From: an uncultured Halobacteriales archaeon
GTDB lineage: Archaea; Halobacteriota; Halobacteria; Halobacteriales; Hikarchaeaceae
Assembly (NCBI GenBank): GCA_964554565.1
Contig: CAZKPC010000001.1
Span: 16,956-80,955, forward strand
Direction of reading: 5' to 3'
Length of the DNA stretch: 64,000 bases
Made by a program: the position numbers and the translations under genes. Below are positions 45,478 to 54,946 of this stretch, one piece after another; position 1 is the first letter of the stretch, and every line of letters begins with the position of its first letter. A model generated the notes under the pieces. The model saw only the letters and a program-made list of their open reading frames with translations, was not told the origin of the DNA and did no database searches.

Positions 45478-46278
45478 TCAGAGCCGGCTCCTGAGGGCAT
45501 CCTGCATCGCTTCGACCGGCGCGTCCAGGGCCGTCCACTGCTCGAACGCCTCGACACCTTGATAGAGGAGCATCCAAGCCCCGTCGATGGTCTCGGCGCC
45601 AGCGGCGGCGGCCTCCTGGAGCAGGCGGGTCTCGATCGGTTGATAGACCGCATCCATCACGACCAGATCGCTGTGAAGCAGTTCCGCCGGAACGGGAGTT
45701 TCGTCGCTCTCGAGGCCCACGGTGGTCGCATTGACGAGGAGTTCGGTCTCGGGCACGAGTTCCGGGAGGGCGTCGAGACCGTGGCTGGACCCGGTATCAA
45801 GCACGGCCACCAGGTCCTCGGCTTTCGCGACCGTCCGATTGGCGACCCGAACGCGGGCGCCGGCGTCGTCCAGGGCCATCGCGATCGCTCGACCCGCCCC
45901 GCCTGCACCGACCACGAGGGCATCGGCGCCGGAGAGACGCACATCATGACGGTCCAAGGCCCGGATCGCCCCGGTAGCGTCGGTGTTGAACCCTTCAGGC
46001 GGCTCGGTCCCGAAATCGATCGTGTTGACCGCTCCGATCCGCTCGGCTAGCGGGTCCGTCGCGACGTGCTCCAAGACGTCCCGTTTGAACGGGGTCGTCA
46101 CGTTGAGTCCAGCGATTCCGAGGGCCGCGGCGCCGTCGATCGCGTCGCCGATCGCTGCGGGATCAGGCTCGAGCGTGACGTACCGGGCCTCGAGCTCGAG
46201 GACGTCGTAGGCGGCCTCGTGGAGGGCCGGCGAGAGGGAGTGTCCGACCGGCTTCCCAACGAGACCGTAGACCTCCAT
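45478..46278 (-). CDS. aroE: Shikimate dehydrogenase
   Basis: Motifs GKPVGHSLSPALHEAAY, NVTTPFK and VVGAGGAGRAIA. Confidence 0.9.
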   Translation of the reverse strand: MEVYGLVGKPVGHSLSPALHEAAYDVLELEARYVTLEPDPAAIGDAIDGAAALGIAGLNVTTPFKRDVLEHVATDPLAERIGAVNTIDFGTEPPEGFNTDATGAIRALDRHDVRLSGADALVVGAGGAGRAIAMALDDAGARVRVANRTVAKAEDLVAVLDTGSSHGLDALPELVPETELLVNATTVGLESDETPVPAELLHSDLVVMDAVYQPIETRLLQEAAAAGAETIDGAWMLLYQGVEAFEQWTALDAPVEAMQDALRSRL

Positions 46279-46341
46279 GGCGGCAGCACGACCGCGGGCC
46301 GGCTTAAATCAGGGTGGCCGGCGGACGGCCCCCATGTCCAC

Positions 46342-47505
46342 TTACCCGTGGGCCCCGACCGCGAGGTCGAACGTCAGGACGTGGTAGACCAGGACGATGA
46401 TGAACAGGAGGTAGAAGAGGCCGCCGAGGAGGAACGGGCGCGGCAGCATGTTCCCCTCGTCCGCCGAGCGGGCCCGCAGATAGAGGATGGCGCCGCTGAC
46501 GACGGCCAGGATCGCGGAGAACCCGTTGAGGAAGCCGGTCGTGCCCCACTCGAGCGAGAGGTTCCAGGAGGTGAACACGATCCCCAACGTCACCGGGAGC
46601 GTTCCCTGGAACGCCATAGCGCCCGTGATGTTGCCGAGGGCCAGGGTGTCCTTGTCCCGCGAGATCCAGAGTACCGAGTTGAACTTCTCGGGCAGCTCGG
46701 TCGCGAGCGGGGCCAAAAGGAGCGCCACGACCGCCGCCGGGATCCCGAGCACGTCGGTGGCGGCCCACTGCACCTCCTCGACGAACAGGTGGGCCCCGCC
46801 GACGATGATCGACAACGCCAGCAGCGTCTGAAGCCCGACCAGTAGCGTGGTCGGGTTCGCCCGGTGTCGCTTAGTGGGATAGGGCCCGGGCAGCAGGTCC
46901 AGGACCTCTTCGGCGATCAACCCGAGATGGAGGTCGTCAAGCCCCTCGTGCTCGATGAGTTGGCCGCTGACGAGCGACCGATGGAGGTAGAAGACGTACA
47001 GGAGGACGAGCGTGGCCGCTACGGCGTAATCGACCAGTCGGTTGTGGATCAGCGCGGTCAGGAACGCCAACGAGTAGCCCACGAGGAAGAAGGAGAGATC
47101 CCGACGGGTCGAGACGGCGTTGAAGTGCATCTCCGCGCCGTAGCGGCGACGGCCCCCGAAGTAGAGCACGCTGGCGCCGACCATGAACATCGCGATAGTG
47201 GCCAACATGAACGGCGCCCCCAGGATGGCCCCGACGCCGACCTCGTCCGCCGCCGTCCCGCCGACGGTGGTCTGTTGGATGATCGCGATCACGGGGATCA
47301 TCGTCTCCGGGAGGGCGGTCCCGACGGCGGCGAGGATGCTCCCGGTTGCGCTCTCGGAGACGCCCAGCCGGTGTCCGAACCATTCCACGCCGTTCGTAAA
47401 GATCTCGGCTCCGAGCAGCAGAAGGAAGAAGGACCCGATGAGGAGGATAGTGTTCCCCACCGGCTCCGACACGAACGGAACCGTCACGGCAGGGACCGAC
47501 AGCAT
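46342..47505 (-). CDS. Sodium/calcium exchanger family (CaCA) membrane protein
   Basis: Two alpha-repeat motifs (GTALPET and ATELPEK) in a 10-11 helix protein. ATG 47505 preferred, GTG 47526 possible. Confidence 0.85.
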   Translation of the reverse strand: MLSVPAVTVPFVSEPVGNTILLIGSFFLLLLGAEIFTNGVEWFGHRLGVSESATGSILAAVGTALPETMIPVIAIIQQTTVGGTAADEVGVGAILGAPFMLATIAMFMVGASVLYFGGRRRYGAEMHFNAVSTRRDLSFFLVGYSLAFLTALIHNRLVDYAVAATLVLLYVFYLHRSLVSGQLIEHEGLDDLHLGLIAEEVLDLLPGPYPTKRHRANPTTLLVGLQTLLALSIIVGGAHLFVEEVQWAATDVLGIPAAVVALLLAPLATELPEKFNSVLWISRDKDTLALGNITGAMAFQGTLPVTLGIVFTSWNLSLEWGTTGFLNGFSAILAVVSGAILYLRARSADEGNMLPRPFLLGGLFYLLFIIVLVYHVLTFDLAVGAHG

Positions 47506-47705
47506 CGTGGTCCAGGCTTCCCGCACGGACTAATTAAGCGGTGGCATTCTGTGTCGGCGCCGCGGGAGCCTACGGATCCGCCCGATGACGCGAGCGACCA
47601 TGACTTGCGACGGGGCCGCCACAGGCGATCCCAGGCAGATTCAACTGCATCCTCCGGCAGCAGGATTCGATGCGTTTTACCGCCGCGCTGGCCTCGACGA
47701 CATAG

Positions 47706-49043
47706 ATGCTGGGGATCGTCGTCAGCCGGGCGGACGCGGCCTCCGTCGAAATCGGCCGCCAGCTCAGAGCGGTGGCGAACTGGACGGTCCGAGATGACGA
47801 CACCCGCCCCGACGCTGCCGGGGGTGGAACGTACTACCGGCGGGATGGCATCGAGTTGAGGGAGTTCGACGGGCTCCACATCGACCTGGAGCAGCCGGAC
47901 CGGGCGTTCGACGAACTCCGGCTGCTCGTCTTCGTCTCGCGGCATTCGGGAGACACCGGGCCGTTGCTGACGGCCCACCACCCCGGAAATGTCGGCCCGG
48001 CCGAGTACGGCGGCGCGCCGAACCAGGTACCGAGTGCGGCCCCCGAGGCGCTCGCAGCCACTCTCGATGCCTTTCGAAGCCAGGCGCCGGCCGGCTACGA
48101 GGTCGGGCTGGAATGCACCCACCACGGGCCGACTGACGCCGGGGCCCCGTCGCTGTTCGTCGAAGTCGGCAGCGGTGAACCCCAGTGGTCGGACCCCGAC
48201 GCGACGGCGGCCGCCGCCCGAGCGGTGCTCGGGCTCCGTGACACCGCGCCATGGAGGGATCGATCGTTCGTCGGTTTCGGGGGCGGCCATTACGCCCCGC
48301 GGTTCGCCCGGATCGTTCGTGAAACCGACTGGAACGTGGGCCACATCGCCGCCGACTGGGGACTCAGGGCTGCGGGAACGGTGTCCGACACCCTGTTGGA
48401 CCGGTTGTTCGAGCGGAGTCATGCCGATCTGGCCGTCGTCGAGGGCGACTATCCGGAGCTCATAGCTCGAATCCGGGATCACGGCTATCGGGTGGTCAGC
48501 GAGTCCTGGCTGCGCGAAACCGACGGCGTCCCGCGGGAGACAGTCGAGCGATTGGAAGCCGTGCTCGAACCGGTTACGGAGGGACTCCGGTTCGGCCGGC
48601 CCGCGCGGTCCGGGAACGAGCTCCCGGAAGTCGAGATCCTAGAGCCGTCGCCTGATCTGCTCGCGGACGTGAACGGTATAGATGGGGACCGGGTTCGGCA
48701 GGCGTACCTCGATTCGGCCGTTGCGTTCGAGACCGCGGAGGCCGGGAACCGTGTGACCGGACGGGTTGCCGTCGCCGAAGGGGCGGATTGGGACCGGATC
48801 GAGGACGACCTCCTTGGGCTCCTCCGCCAGCGGTTCGCTGACGTCGACGTGACCGAGGCAGAAATCGTCGTCACCGAGCGAGCCTTCGACCCCGACCGCG
48901 CCCGGGAGCTGGGTGTGGAGCCGGGCCCGGCGTTCGGCCGCCTCGCCGATGGCGAACCGGTGACGGTCGGCTCAGAGGAGGTCCGGCCCGAGGCAGTTCA
49001 CGAAACCCGAACTCGCCGCTATCCCCGTTGTCAGGGCCGATAA
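47706..49043 (+). CDS. dtdA: Archaeal-type D-aminoacyl-tRNA deacylase (DtdA) with a ~170-aa C-terminal extension
   Basis: The N-terminus MLGIVVSRADAASVEIGRQL and the ..GLECTHHGPT.. region resemble archaeal DtdA. The C-terminal third has no counterpart in the short DtdA forms I recall. Confidence 0.8.
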   Translation: MLGIVVSRADAASVEIGRQLRAVANWTVRDDDTRPDAAGGGTYYRRDGIELREFDGLHIDLEQPDRAFDELRLLVFVSRHSGDTGPLLTAHHPGNVGPAEYGGAPNQVPSAAPEALAATLDAFRSQAPAGYEVGLECTHHGPTDAGAPSLFVEVGSGEPQWSDPDATAAAARAVLGLRDTAPWRDRSFVGFGGGHYAPRFARIVRETDWNVGHIAADWGLRAAGTVSDTLLDRLFERSHADLAVVEGDYPELIARIRDHGYRVVSESWLRETDGVPRETVERLEAVLEPVTEGLRFGRPARSGNELPEVEILEPSPDLLADVNGIDGDRVRQAYLDSAVAFETAEAGNRVTGRVAVAEGADWDRIEDDLLGLLRQRFADVDVTEAEIVVTERAFDPDRARELGVEPGPAFGRLADGEPVTVGSEEVRPEAVHETRTRRYPRCQGR

Positions 49044-49109
49044 CTGTCAGACGATGGTCAGACGAGCGGGGGAACAGTAATGAGGACCGCTGGGGAACGG
49101 GCCAGTGTA

Positions 49110-50249
49110 ATGGACTCGATCGTCGATGACGCGATTGAACAAGCCGAGGAGGACGAGGGCGAGGGCGATCCCCAGGCGGAGGTCGCGCCGCAGGACGTGA
49201 ACTCCTCGGGCACGATGTCGGACGAGGAGCTGTTGGACGTCCTCGAGGAGCTGGAGACCAATATCACCGTGGTCGGCTGCGGCGGCGGCGGCAACAACAC
49301 GGTCAACCGGATGTTCGAGGAGGGCATTCACGGGGCCAAGCTCGTCGCCGCGAACACCGACGTGCAGCACCTGGTCGAGATCAATGCCGACACCAAGATC
49401 CTCATGGGCCAGCAGCGGACCAACGGCCGCGGCGCAGGATCCCTGCCACAAGTCGGCGAGGAAGCGGCCCTCGAGAGCCAGACCGAGATCTCCGAAGCCA
49501 TCGAGGGCGCGGACATGGTGTTCGTAACCGCCGGCCTGGGCGGCGGGACCGGCACTGGGGCGGCGCCCGTGGTCGCGAAAGCGGCCCGGGAGTCCGGTGC
49601 CCTCACGATCTCCATCGTCACGACCCCGTTCACGGCCGAGGGCGAGGTCCGCCGGACGAACGCCGAGGCCGGCCTCGAACGGCTCCGGAACGTCTCCGAT
49701 ACGGTGATCGTGGTCCCGAACGACCGGCTGCTGGATGCGGTCGGGAAGCTCCCGGTCCGCCAGGCGTTCAAGGTCGCCGACGAGGTGCTGATGCGGAGCG
49801 TCAAGGGGATCACCGAGCTGATCACGATGCCCGGCCTGGTGAACCTGGACTTCGCCGACGTCCGGACGGTCATGGAGCGAGGGGGCGTGGCCATGATCGG
49901 GCTCGGCGAATCCGATTCGGAAGCGAAGGCGACGGACTCGGTCAAAGCGGCCCTCCGATCGCCGCTGCTCGACGTCGACATCTCAGCCGCCAATTCCGCG
50001 CTCGTGAACGTCACTGGTGGCCCCGACATGAGCATCGAGGAGGCCGAAGGGGTCGTCGAGGAGATCTACGATCGGATCGATCCCGACGCCCGCATCATCT
50101 GGGGGACCTCGGTCGACGACGAGCTCGAGGGCACCATGCGGACGATGATCGTCGTTACTGGCGTTGAATCCCCACAGATCTACGGCCGGGTCGAGGCCGA
50201 GGCGGCCCAGGAAGAGGGCCGGATCCAGGACATCGATTACGTGGACTGA
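49110..50249 (+). CDS. ftsZ: Cell division GTPase FtsZ (FtsZ1-type locus)
   Basis: Tubulin signature [13 protein letters not shown] and NTDVQHL. The ftsZ-secE-nusG order matches euryarchaeal FtsZ1 loci. ATG 49110 (MDSIVDD) preferred over ATG 49080. Confidence 0.93.
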   Translation: MDSIVDDAIEQAEEDEGEGDPQAEVAPQDVNSSGTMSDEELLDVLEELETNITVVGCGGGGNNTVNRMFEEGIHGAKLVAANTDVQHLVEINADTKILMGQQRTNGRGAGSLPQVGEEAALESQTEISEAIEGADMVFVTAGLGGGTGTGAAPVVAKAARESGALTISIVTTPFTAEGEVRRTNAEAGLERLRNVSDTVIVVPNDRLLDAVGKLPVRQAFKVADEVLMRSVKGITELITMPGLVNLDFADVRTVMERGGVAMIGLGESDSEAKATDSVKAALRSPLLDVDISAANSALVNVTGGPDMSIEEAEGVVEEIYDRIDPDARIIWGTSVDDELEGTMRTMIVVTGVESPQIYGRVEAEAAQEEGRIQDIDYVD

Positions 50250-50325
50250 CACCCCGACTGGGCCGTCGGAATCAGTCGGACGGCAGTCAATAGATAGAAA
50301 AAGACGCGCCGCCAACTCCCTCTTC

Positions 50326-50502
50326 ATGGACGTTCCGTACGAGCTTTCAGCTTACCTCCGGGTGCTCAAGCTCGCCAGCACCCCCTCGTGGGAGGAGTTC
50401 TCCCAGGTCTCCAAGATCGCGGCCGTCGGTATCGCCCTGGTGGGCCTCATGGGCTTCGTGATTTTCGCGCTGATGACCCTGATCTCATCGGTGGGGGGTT
50501 AA
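50326..50502 (+). CDS. secE: Protein translocase subunit SecE
   Basis: 58 aa: MDVPYELSAYLRVLKLASTPSWEEF followed by a single C-terminal helix, immediately upstream of nusG. Confidence 0.8.
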   Translation: MDVPYELSAYLRVLKLASTPSWEEFSQVSKIAAVGIALVGLMGFVIFALMTLISSVGG

Positions 50503-50505
50503 CGC

Positions 50506-50943
50506 ATGCCGATGTTCGCCGTCAAGACGACCGCCAGCCAGGAACAGACCGTCGCCGACATGATCGCCAACCGCGAGGAACCTGATATCCACGCGGTCCT
50601 GGCGCCGGACTCGTTGACGAGCTACGTCATGGTCGAGTCGGACGGGACGGCGGCGATCGAGCGGGTCCTCGAAGAGATCCCCCACGCTCGCGGCATCGTT
50701 CCCGGCGAGAGCTCGATCGCCGAGGTCGAGCACTTCCTCTCGCCGAAACCGGACGTCGAAGGAATCGCCGAGAGCGATATCGTGGAGCTGGTCGCGGGAC
50801 CGTTCAAAGGCGAGAAGGCCCAGGTACAGCGGATCGACGAGTCCAAGGACCAGGTGACGGTCGAACTGTACGAGGCCACGGTCCCGATCCCGGTCACCGT
50901 TCGCGGCGACCAGATCCGGGTGCTCGACTCGGAAGAACGCTGA
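50506..50943 (+). CDS. nusG: Transcription elongation factor Spt5/NusG
   Basis: NGN domain ([18 protein letters not shown]) plus a KOW motif ([24 protein letters not shown]). Confidence 0.92.
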   Translation: MPMFAVKTTASQEQTVADMIANREEPDIHAVLAPDSLTSYVMVESDGTAAIERVLEEIPHARGIVPGESSIAEVEHFLSPKPDVEGIAESDIVELVAGPFKGEKAQVQRIDESKDQVTVELYEATVPIPVTVRGDQIRVLDSEER

Positions 50944-50964
50944 GAAGCTGAAGCGGAGCCGTCC

Positions 50965-51288
50965 TCAGTCGTCGGCGCTGGCCACCGGTTCGACGGTCGG
51001 CGTCTCCAGTCGGGAACGGAGATCCGACACGTCGACGGTCGCCTCCACCACCTCTAAGAGTTCCTCGCGTTCCCGCACGGCTCCGGAATCGGCCTCGTAC
51101 GCCCTGACGTACTCGGCCCGGTTGTGTTCGCCGAAGGCGTGGCGGATGCCGAAGAAGCCCGCGGGCACCGTTTCCCCGCAGACCTGGCATTCGACCGGTT
51201 GGTGATCGGCCGTCTGGTGCCGGATCAGAGCCGCCGGCTGCTCGAACCGGCCGTCACACCCCACGATTCCACAAATCCAGGCGTCCAT
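50965..51288 (-). CDS. Small protein with two classical C2H2-type zinc fingers and an acidic tail
   Basis: C-x4-C-x12-H-x4-H (CGIVGCDGRFEQPAALIRHQTADH) and C-x2-C-x12-H-x4-H (CQVCGETVPAGFFGIRHAFGEH). The ATG is preceded by a TATA-like palindrome. Confidence 0.7.
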   Translation of the reverse strand: MDAWICGIVGCDGRFEQPAALIRHQTADHQPVECQVCGETVPAGFFGIRHAFGEHNRAEYVRAYEADSGAVREREELLEVVEATVDVSDLRSRLETPTVEPVASADD

Positions 51289-51300
51289 GACTCAGTGTCT

Positions 51301-51328
51301 CTTATAATTGATAAGGACCTATATAAAA
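51301..51328. promoter_or_regulatory. Bidirectional AT-rich promoter island: near-palindrome CTTATAATTGATAAG (51301-51315) and TATATAAAA (51320-51328)
   Basis: Read directly. It lies between the divergent zinc-finger and PHP genes. The spacing to ATG 51288 fits a leaderless transcript. Confidence 0.45.
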
Positions 51329-51444
51329 CCCTTTCCCCAGTCCGGCCTAAACGCGTCATTAAAACGAGAGACACCGACGGGGAGATCCTTCAAACGGTCG
51401 ACCGGAGCGGAATCCCTAAGCGCCGGTGGCCTAATGGCGGTGGC

Positions 51445-52203
51445 GTGACGGGCGGTTCGGAGACGCGTGTCGATCCCCACGTCAAGGTGCTCGACGAAGC
51501 GATCGCCGAGCGGGCGAAAGCTCGTGGTCTCGATGCCATCGTCTACGCTCCTCATTTCACACGGCTGCCGGAGATCAGAGCCCGTGCTGAGCTGTTCACG
51601 GACGAGGAACTCACTGTCATCCCAGGCCGTGAAGTTTTCACCGGCACCTGGCGAAACCGGCGACATGTCCTGGCACTGGACCTGGATGCACCGGTGCCCG
51701 ACTTCATCAGTCTCGATGCGGCGTTCAGAGAGTTTGACCGCCAAGACGCCGTGGTCCTGGTCCCGCATCCGGACTATCTCACAGTCAGCCTGGATCGAGC
51801 GGCCATCGAGCAATACCGATCGGCGATCCACGGCCTGGAAACGTACAACCCGAAACAATTGAGTCGGCACAACCGTCTTGCACGCGATCTCGCCGAGTTG
51901 ACCGGACTGCCGGCGTTCGGGTCCTCGTACGCTCATCTACCAGGGACAGTCGGCGAGGTGTGGACCGCCTATGAGGAGGTCAACGCTGACCGGCCGGCTC
52001 TCATCGAGGCCTTCAGAGCCGGGACCCCGCGAGCAGTGGAGCACCGGACCGGAACGATCCATCAGCTGCGACGGGCCGCCGAAATCGGGCACCTCTTCTA
52101 CGAGAACTCGATCGCCAAGTTCGATCGGGTGGTGCTCTCGGGACGCGAGCCCACCCATCCGAACCAGGATGAGTACGGCGACCGCTTCAGCGTTGCCCGG
52201 TGA
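51445..52203 (+). CDS. PHP-family metal-dependent phosphoesterase
   Basis: VDPHVKVLDEA..GLDAIVYAPHF..IPGREV..HVLAL..LVPHP follows the PHP domain pattern. GTG 51445 is the only in-frame start before the first His motif. Confidence 0.7.
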   Translation: MTGGSETRVDPHVKVLDEAIAERAKARGLDAIVYAPHFTRLPEIRARAELFTDEELTVIPGREVFTGTWRNRRHVLALDLDAPVPDFISLDAAFREFDRQDAVVLVPHPDYLTVSLDRAAIEQYRSAIHGLETYNPKQLSRHNRLARDLAELTGLPAFGSSYAHLPGTVGEVWTAYEEVNADRPALIEAFRAGTPRAVEHRTGTIHQLRRAAEIGHLFYENSIAKFDRVVLSGREPTHPNQDEYGDRFSVAR

Positions 52204-52212
52204 GCAACGGAC

Positions 52213-52734
52213 TCAATCCTCGACCACGCGCTCGACCCGCTCCCGGAGCGAAGTCAACGCCTGGCCCGCGATAGCTGCCTTCACCGCCCGCCGATCACCG
52301 TCGAAGACGTGGTGATCGACGGCGACGTTCGAGGCTTCACTCCCCCACGGTGCGGCCCGCGCGATGCCGATGTAGGCCGTTCCGATGGGCTTGGCGTCAG
52401 TTCCGCCGGTCGGACCGGCGATCCCGGTGGTCGCCACGGCCCAATCCGTACCACTCACGTCTCGCGCCCCGGCGGCCATCTCGTCCGCGACCGCGGCGCT
52501 TACCGCGCCATGCGCGTCAAGGGCCTCCCGTGAGACGCCGAGCGCGGCCTGTTTCGCCCGGTTCGCATACGTCACGAACCCGCGCTCGAAGTAATCACTC
52601 GCGCCCGGAGCGTCGGTGACTCGGGAGGCAAGGAGCCCACCGGTGCAGGACTCCGCGATCGCGAGCGTAGCGTCGGCCGACCGGAGCGCTTCCCCGAGCC
52701 GGGCAGGGTCGGCTTCGCCTTCCACAGCGGTCAT
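52213..52734 (-). CDS. CinA C-terminal domain protein (nicotinamide-nucleotide amidohydrolase PncC-like)
   Basis: Motifs TLAIAESCTGGLLA and GFVTYAN. ATG 52734 sits about 25-30 nt downstream of a T-rich TATA-like element, so the longer track ORF is rejected. Confidence 0.85.
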   Translation of the reverse strand: MTAVEGEADPARLGEALRSADATLAIAESCTGGLLASRVTDAPGASDYFERGFVTYANRAKQAALGVSREALDAHGAVSAAVADEMAAGARDVSGTDWAVATTGIAGPTGGTDAKPIGTAYIGIARAAPWGSEASNVAVDHHVFDGDRRAVKAAIAGQALTSLRERVERVVED

Positions 52735-52826
52735 AGTCCGCTCGTGACGGGGCGAAGCAAAAAGCACGCCGGCCATCGGCGCTACCCTGGGGAAACACCC
52801 ATAGCGAAGCCTGCCGTCGGCTCGGC

Positions 52827-53927
52827 ATGGGCTACGAGGAACCGCTGTTCTTTCGCGTGATGCAGTACGCGGATCGGGCCGATCGGGACGTGATCGACAT
52901 GGTCTCCGGGAACCCCGACTGGGAGCCGCCGGCCGCCATCGCCCAAGGACTGATTGACTACGCCGAACTGGGCGGGGCCGCGTTCCAATACCCACCGAGC
53001 GACGGCCTCAGAGAGCTCCGAGCGGAGATCGCGGCCCGGCGAGACGTACCGATCGATCAGGTGGTCGTGACCCACGGTGCTGGCGAAGCGAACTACCTCG
53101 CCATGGCCCGAGCCCTGGATCGCGAGGCGGGTCGAGAGGTCGTGCTCACCGACCCAGTCTATCCCTACTACCCCGGGAAAACCGCGATGCTCGGTGGTCA
53201 ACCCCGCTATGTAGAGACTGATCGCGACGGCGGCATTGACCTGGCTCGCCTCCGTGAAACGGTCTCTCCGGAAACCGCCTGTATCGTGATCAATACCCCG
53301 AACAACCCCACCGGAGCGGTATATGAGGAGGCGACGATGGCCGCGCTGGTCGAGGTCGCCGAGGAGGTCGACGCCCTCCTGATCAGTGACGAGGTCTACG
53401 ACCACTTCGACTACCACGGCCGGTTCGCCTCGGCACTGGCCGAGGATTCCTCCCACCGGATCGTGACCAACTCCTTCTCGAAGTCGCTGGCCGTCACCGG
53501 GTTCCGTGTCGGGTACGCGATCTTTCCGCCTGAGCACGTCGAGGCCGCCAGAACGCGTCACATGCTCACGAACGTTGCCGGCAGCCGGCCGGCCCAGTAC
53601 GCCGTGCTCCAGGCACTCAGAGAGACCCCGCCCGAATACCACGAGGAGACCCGGCAGCTGCTTGCGGACCGCCTCGCCGGCTTCACCGACGCGCTCGACA
53701 CCGCGGGCGCCGAATACAGCCGGCCTGACGGTGCGTTCTACGTGCTCTGCCGCTTCAACGGGTTCCCCGGGACCCTCGAGAACGTCGAAAGGCTCATCGA
53801 CGAGGCCGGGGTCGCCGGCATGCCTGGAGAGACGTTCGGGGAAGCCAGGGCCGACTGGCTGCGCTTCGCCCTGGTGACGCCGCGCGTCGAGGAAGCAGCC
53901 GAGAGACTCGCCGACTACTTCTCGTAG
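52827..53927 (+). CDS. Class I/II pyridoxal-phosphate-dependent aminotransferase
   Basis: INTPNNPTGAVY and the PLP-lysine motif SFSKSLAVTGFRVGY; 366 aa. Confidence 0.88.
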   Translation: MGYEEPLFFRVMQYADRADRDVIDMVSGNPDWEPPAAIAQGLIDYAELGGAAFQYPPSDGLRELRAEIAARRDVPIDQVVVTHGAGEANYLAMARALDREAGREVVLTDPVYPYYPGKTAMLGGQPRYVETDRDGGIDLARLRETVSPETACIVINTPNNPTGAVYEEATMAALVEVAEEVDALLISDEVYDHFDYHGRFASALAEDSSHRIVTNSFSKSLAVTGFRVGYAIFPPEHVEAARTRHMLTNVAGSRPAQYAVLQALRETPPEYHEETRQLLADRLAGFTDALDTAGAEYSRPDGAFYVLCRFNGFPGTLENVERLIDEAGVAGMPGETFGEARADWLRFALVTPRVEEAAERLADYFS

Positions 53928-53998
53928 CGCCTCGTGGTTCGGGGACGGCGAAAACCCATTGGTCGTTCGACAAAACGGTTATACCATCGGGCGTCGTC

Positions 53999-54946
53999 AT
54001 GCTAATCGATCGCATGGTCGCCGCCCTCCCGCTCTCCGTTGCTGTCCATTCCGAGCAGCTCAACGCGGTCGAGGAGGTCTGTGGGCCAGCCATCGGCTGT
54101 GCCCAGACCGATCTCTTGGGTCAACTCCTACTGCTGGCTGTCTTCGGCCTGGTAACCGTGGTGCTGCTCGCCGCTCTTCAACGCGTTAACGAAGCGCGGT
54201 CCGAAGTCCAGGAGGAACAGTCACGGACAGCGCAAGAACGTGACGCCTTCGCCGAGTTCGCACAGCGGGTGGCTAAGCTGGATCCGTCCCCTTCCGGCCA
54301 CCAACTCGCCTCGGCCGATGGGGCGACCGCGACCGTAGCTATGGCCGGGCAGACACCGACGGATGACCGCCTCGACGCAGTCCGTGATGCGTACCGGGAC
54401 ACGGTCATGGCCATGTCCCACTACGAGGAGGAGTACGCGGAGCCGTTAGCATATCATCTCCGCGAGGAGTTCGGGGAGGAGGTCGCGACGGCCGTGACCG
54501 GCGGCAGCCAGCTCACCCCGGAGTTGAAACAAGTGCTCGTCCGGCGGGCCCGCGAATCGGCGCACGAACGCGGCCGCTTGATGGATCGCCTGGACCGGGA
54601 GGCCGAGGCCCTCGAATCGGCCGCGGATGAGCTCGAGACGATCGAGCAGGTCCTTCATGAGAGCGAAGAGCGGTCCTTAACGGGACTGGACTTCCGGGAC
54701 TTGGCGGACGAATGGCACCGTCTCGGCGAGTTCGAATCCCGACTGACGCGGCTGCTCCGCCGCCGCCAGCAGGCACTCCAGTCCCAATGGGAAGCGAGCG
54801 ACCTGAGCGGACTCCGATCGCTCCAGCACTACTTGTACGCCGAACTCGAGACCGATTTCCCCGTCCTCGCCGACGGCGCCGTGCTTGCCGACCGGCTGAC
54901 GGCCGCCCGGTCACGGGTGCTGGCCACCCTCACGACCCGGGTTTGA
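53999..54946 (+). CDS. Hypothetical protein: N-terminal helix plus long charged coiled-coil-like region
   Basis: ATG-initiated 315-aa ORF with one hydrophobic helix (LLGQLLLLAVFGLVTVVLLAAL), then an E/R/A-rich helical sequence. Its 3-prime end overlaps nfi convergently by 36 nt. Confidence 0.6.
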   Translation: MLIDRMVAALPLSVAVHSEQLNAVEEVCGPAIGCAQTDLLGQLLLLAVFGLVTVVLLAALQRVNEARSEVQEEQSRTAQERDAFAEFAQRVAKLDPSPSGHQLASADGATATVAMAGQTPTDDRLDAVRDAYRDTVMAMSHYEEEYAEPLAYHLREEFGEEVATAVTGGSQLTPELKQVLVRRARESAHERGRLMDRLDREAEALESAADELETIEQVLHESEERSLTGLDFRDLADEWHRLGEFESRLTRLLRRRQQALQSQWEASDLSGLRSLQHYLYAELETDFPVLADGAVLADRLTAARSRVLATLTTRV

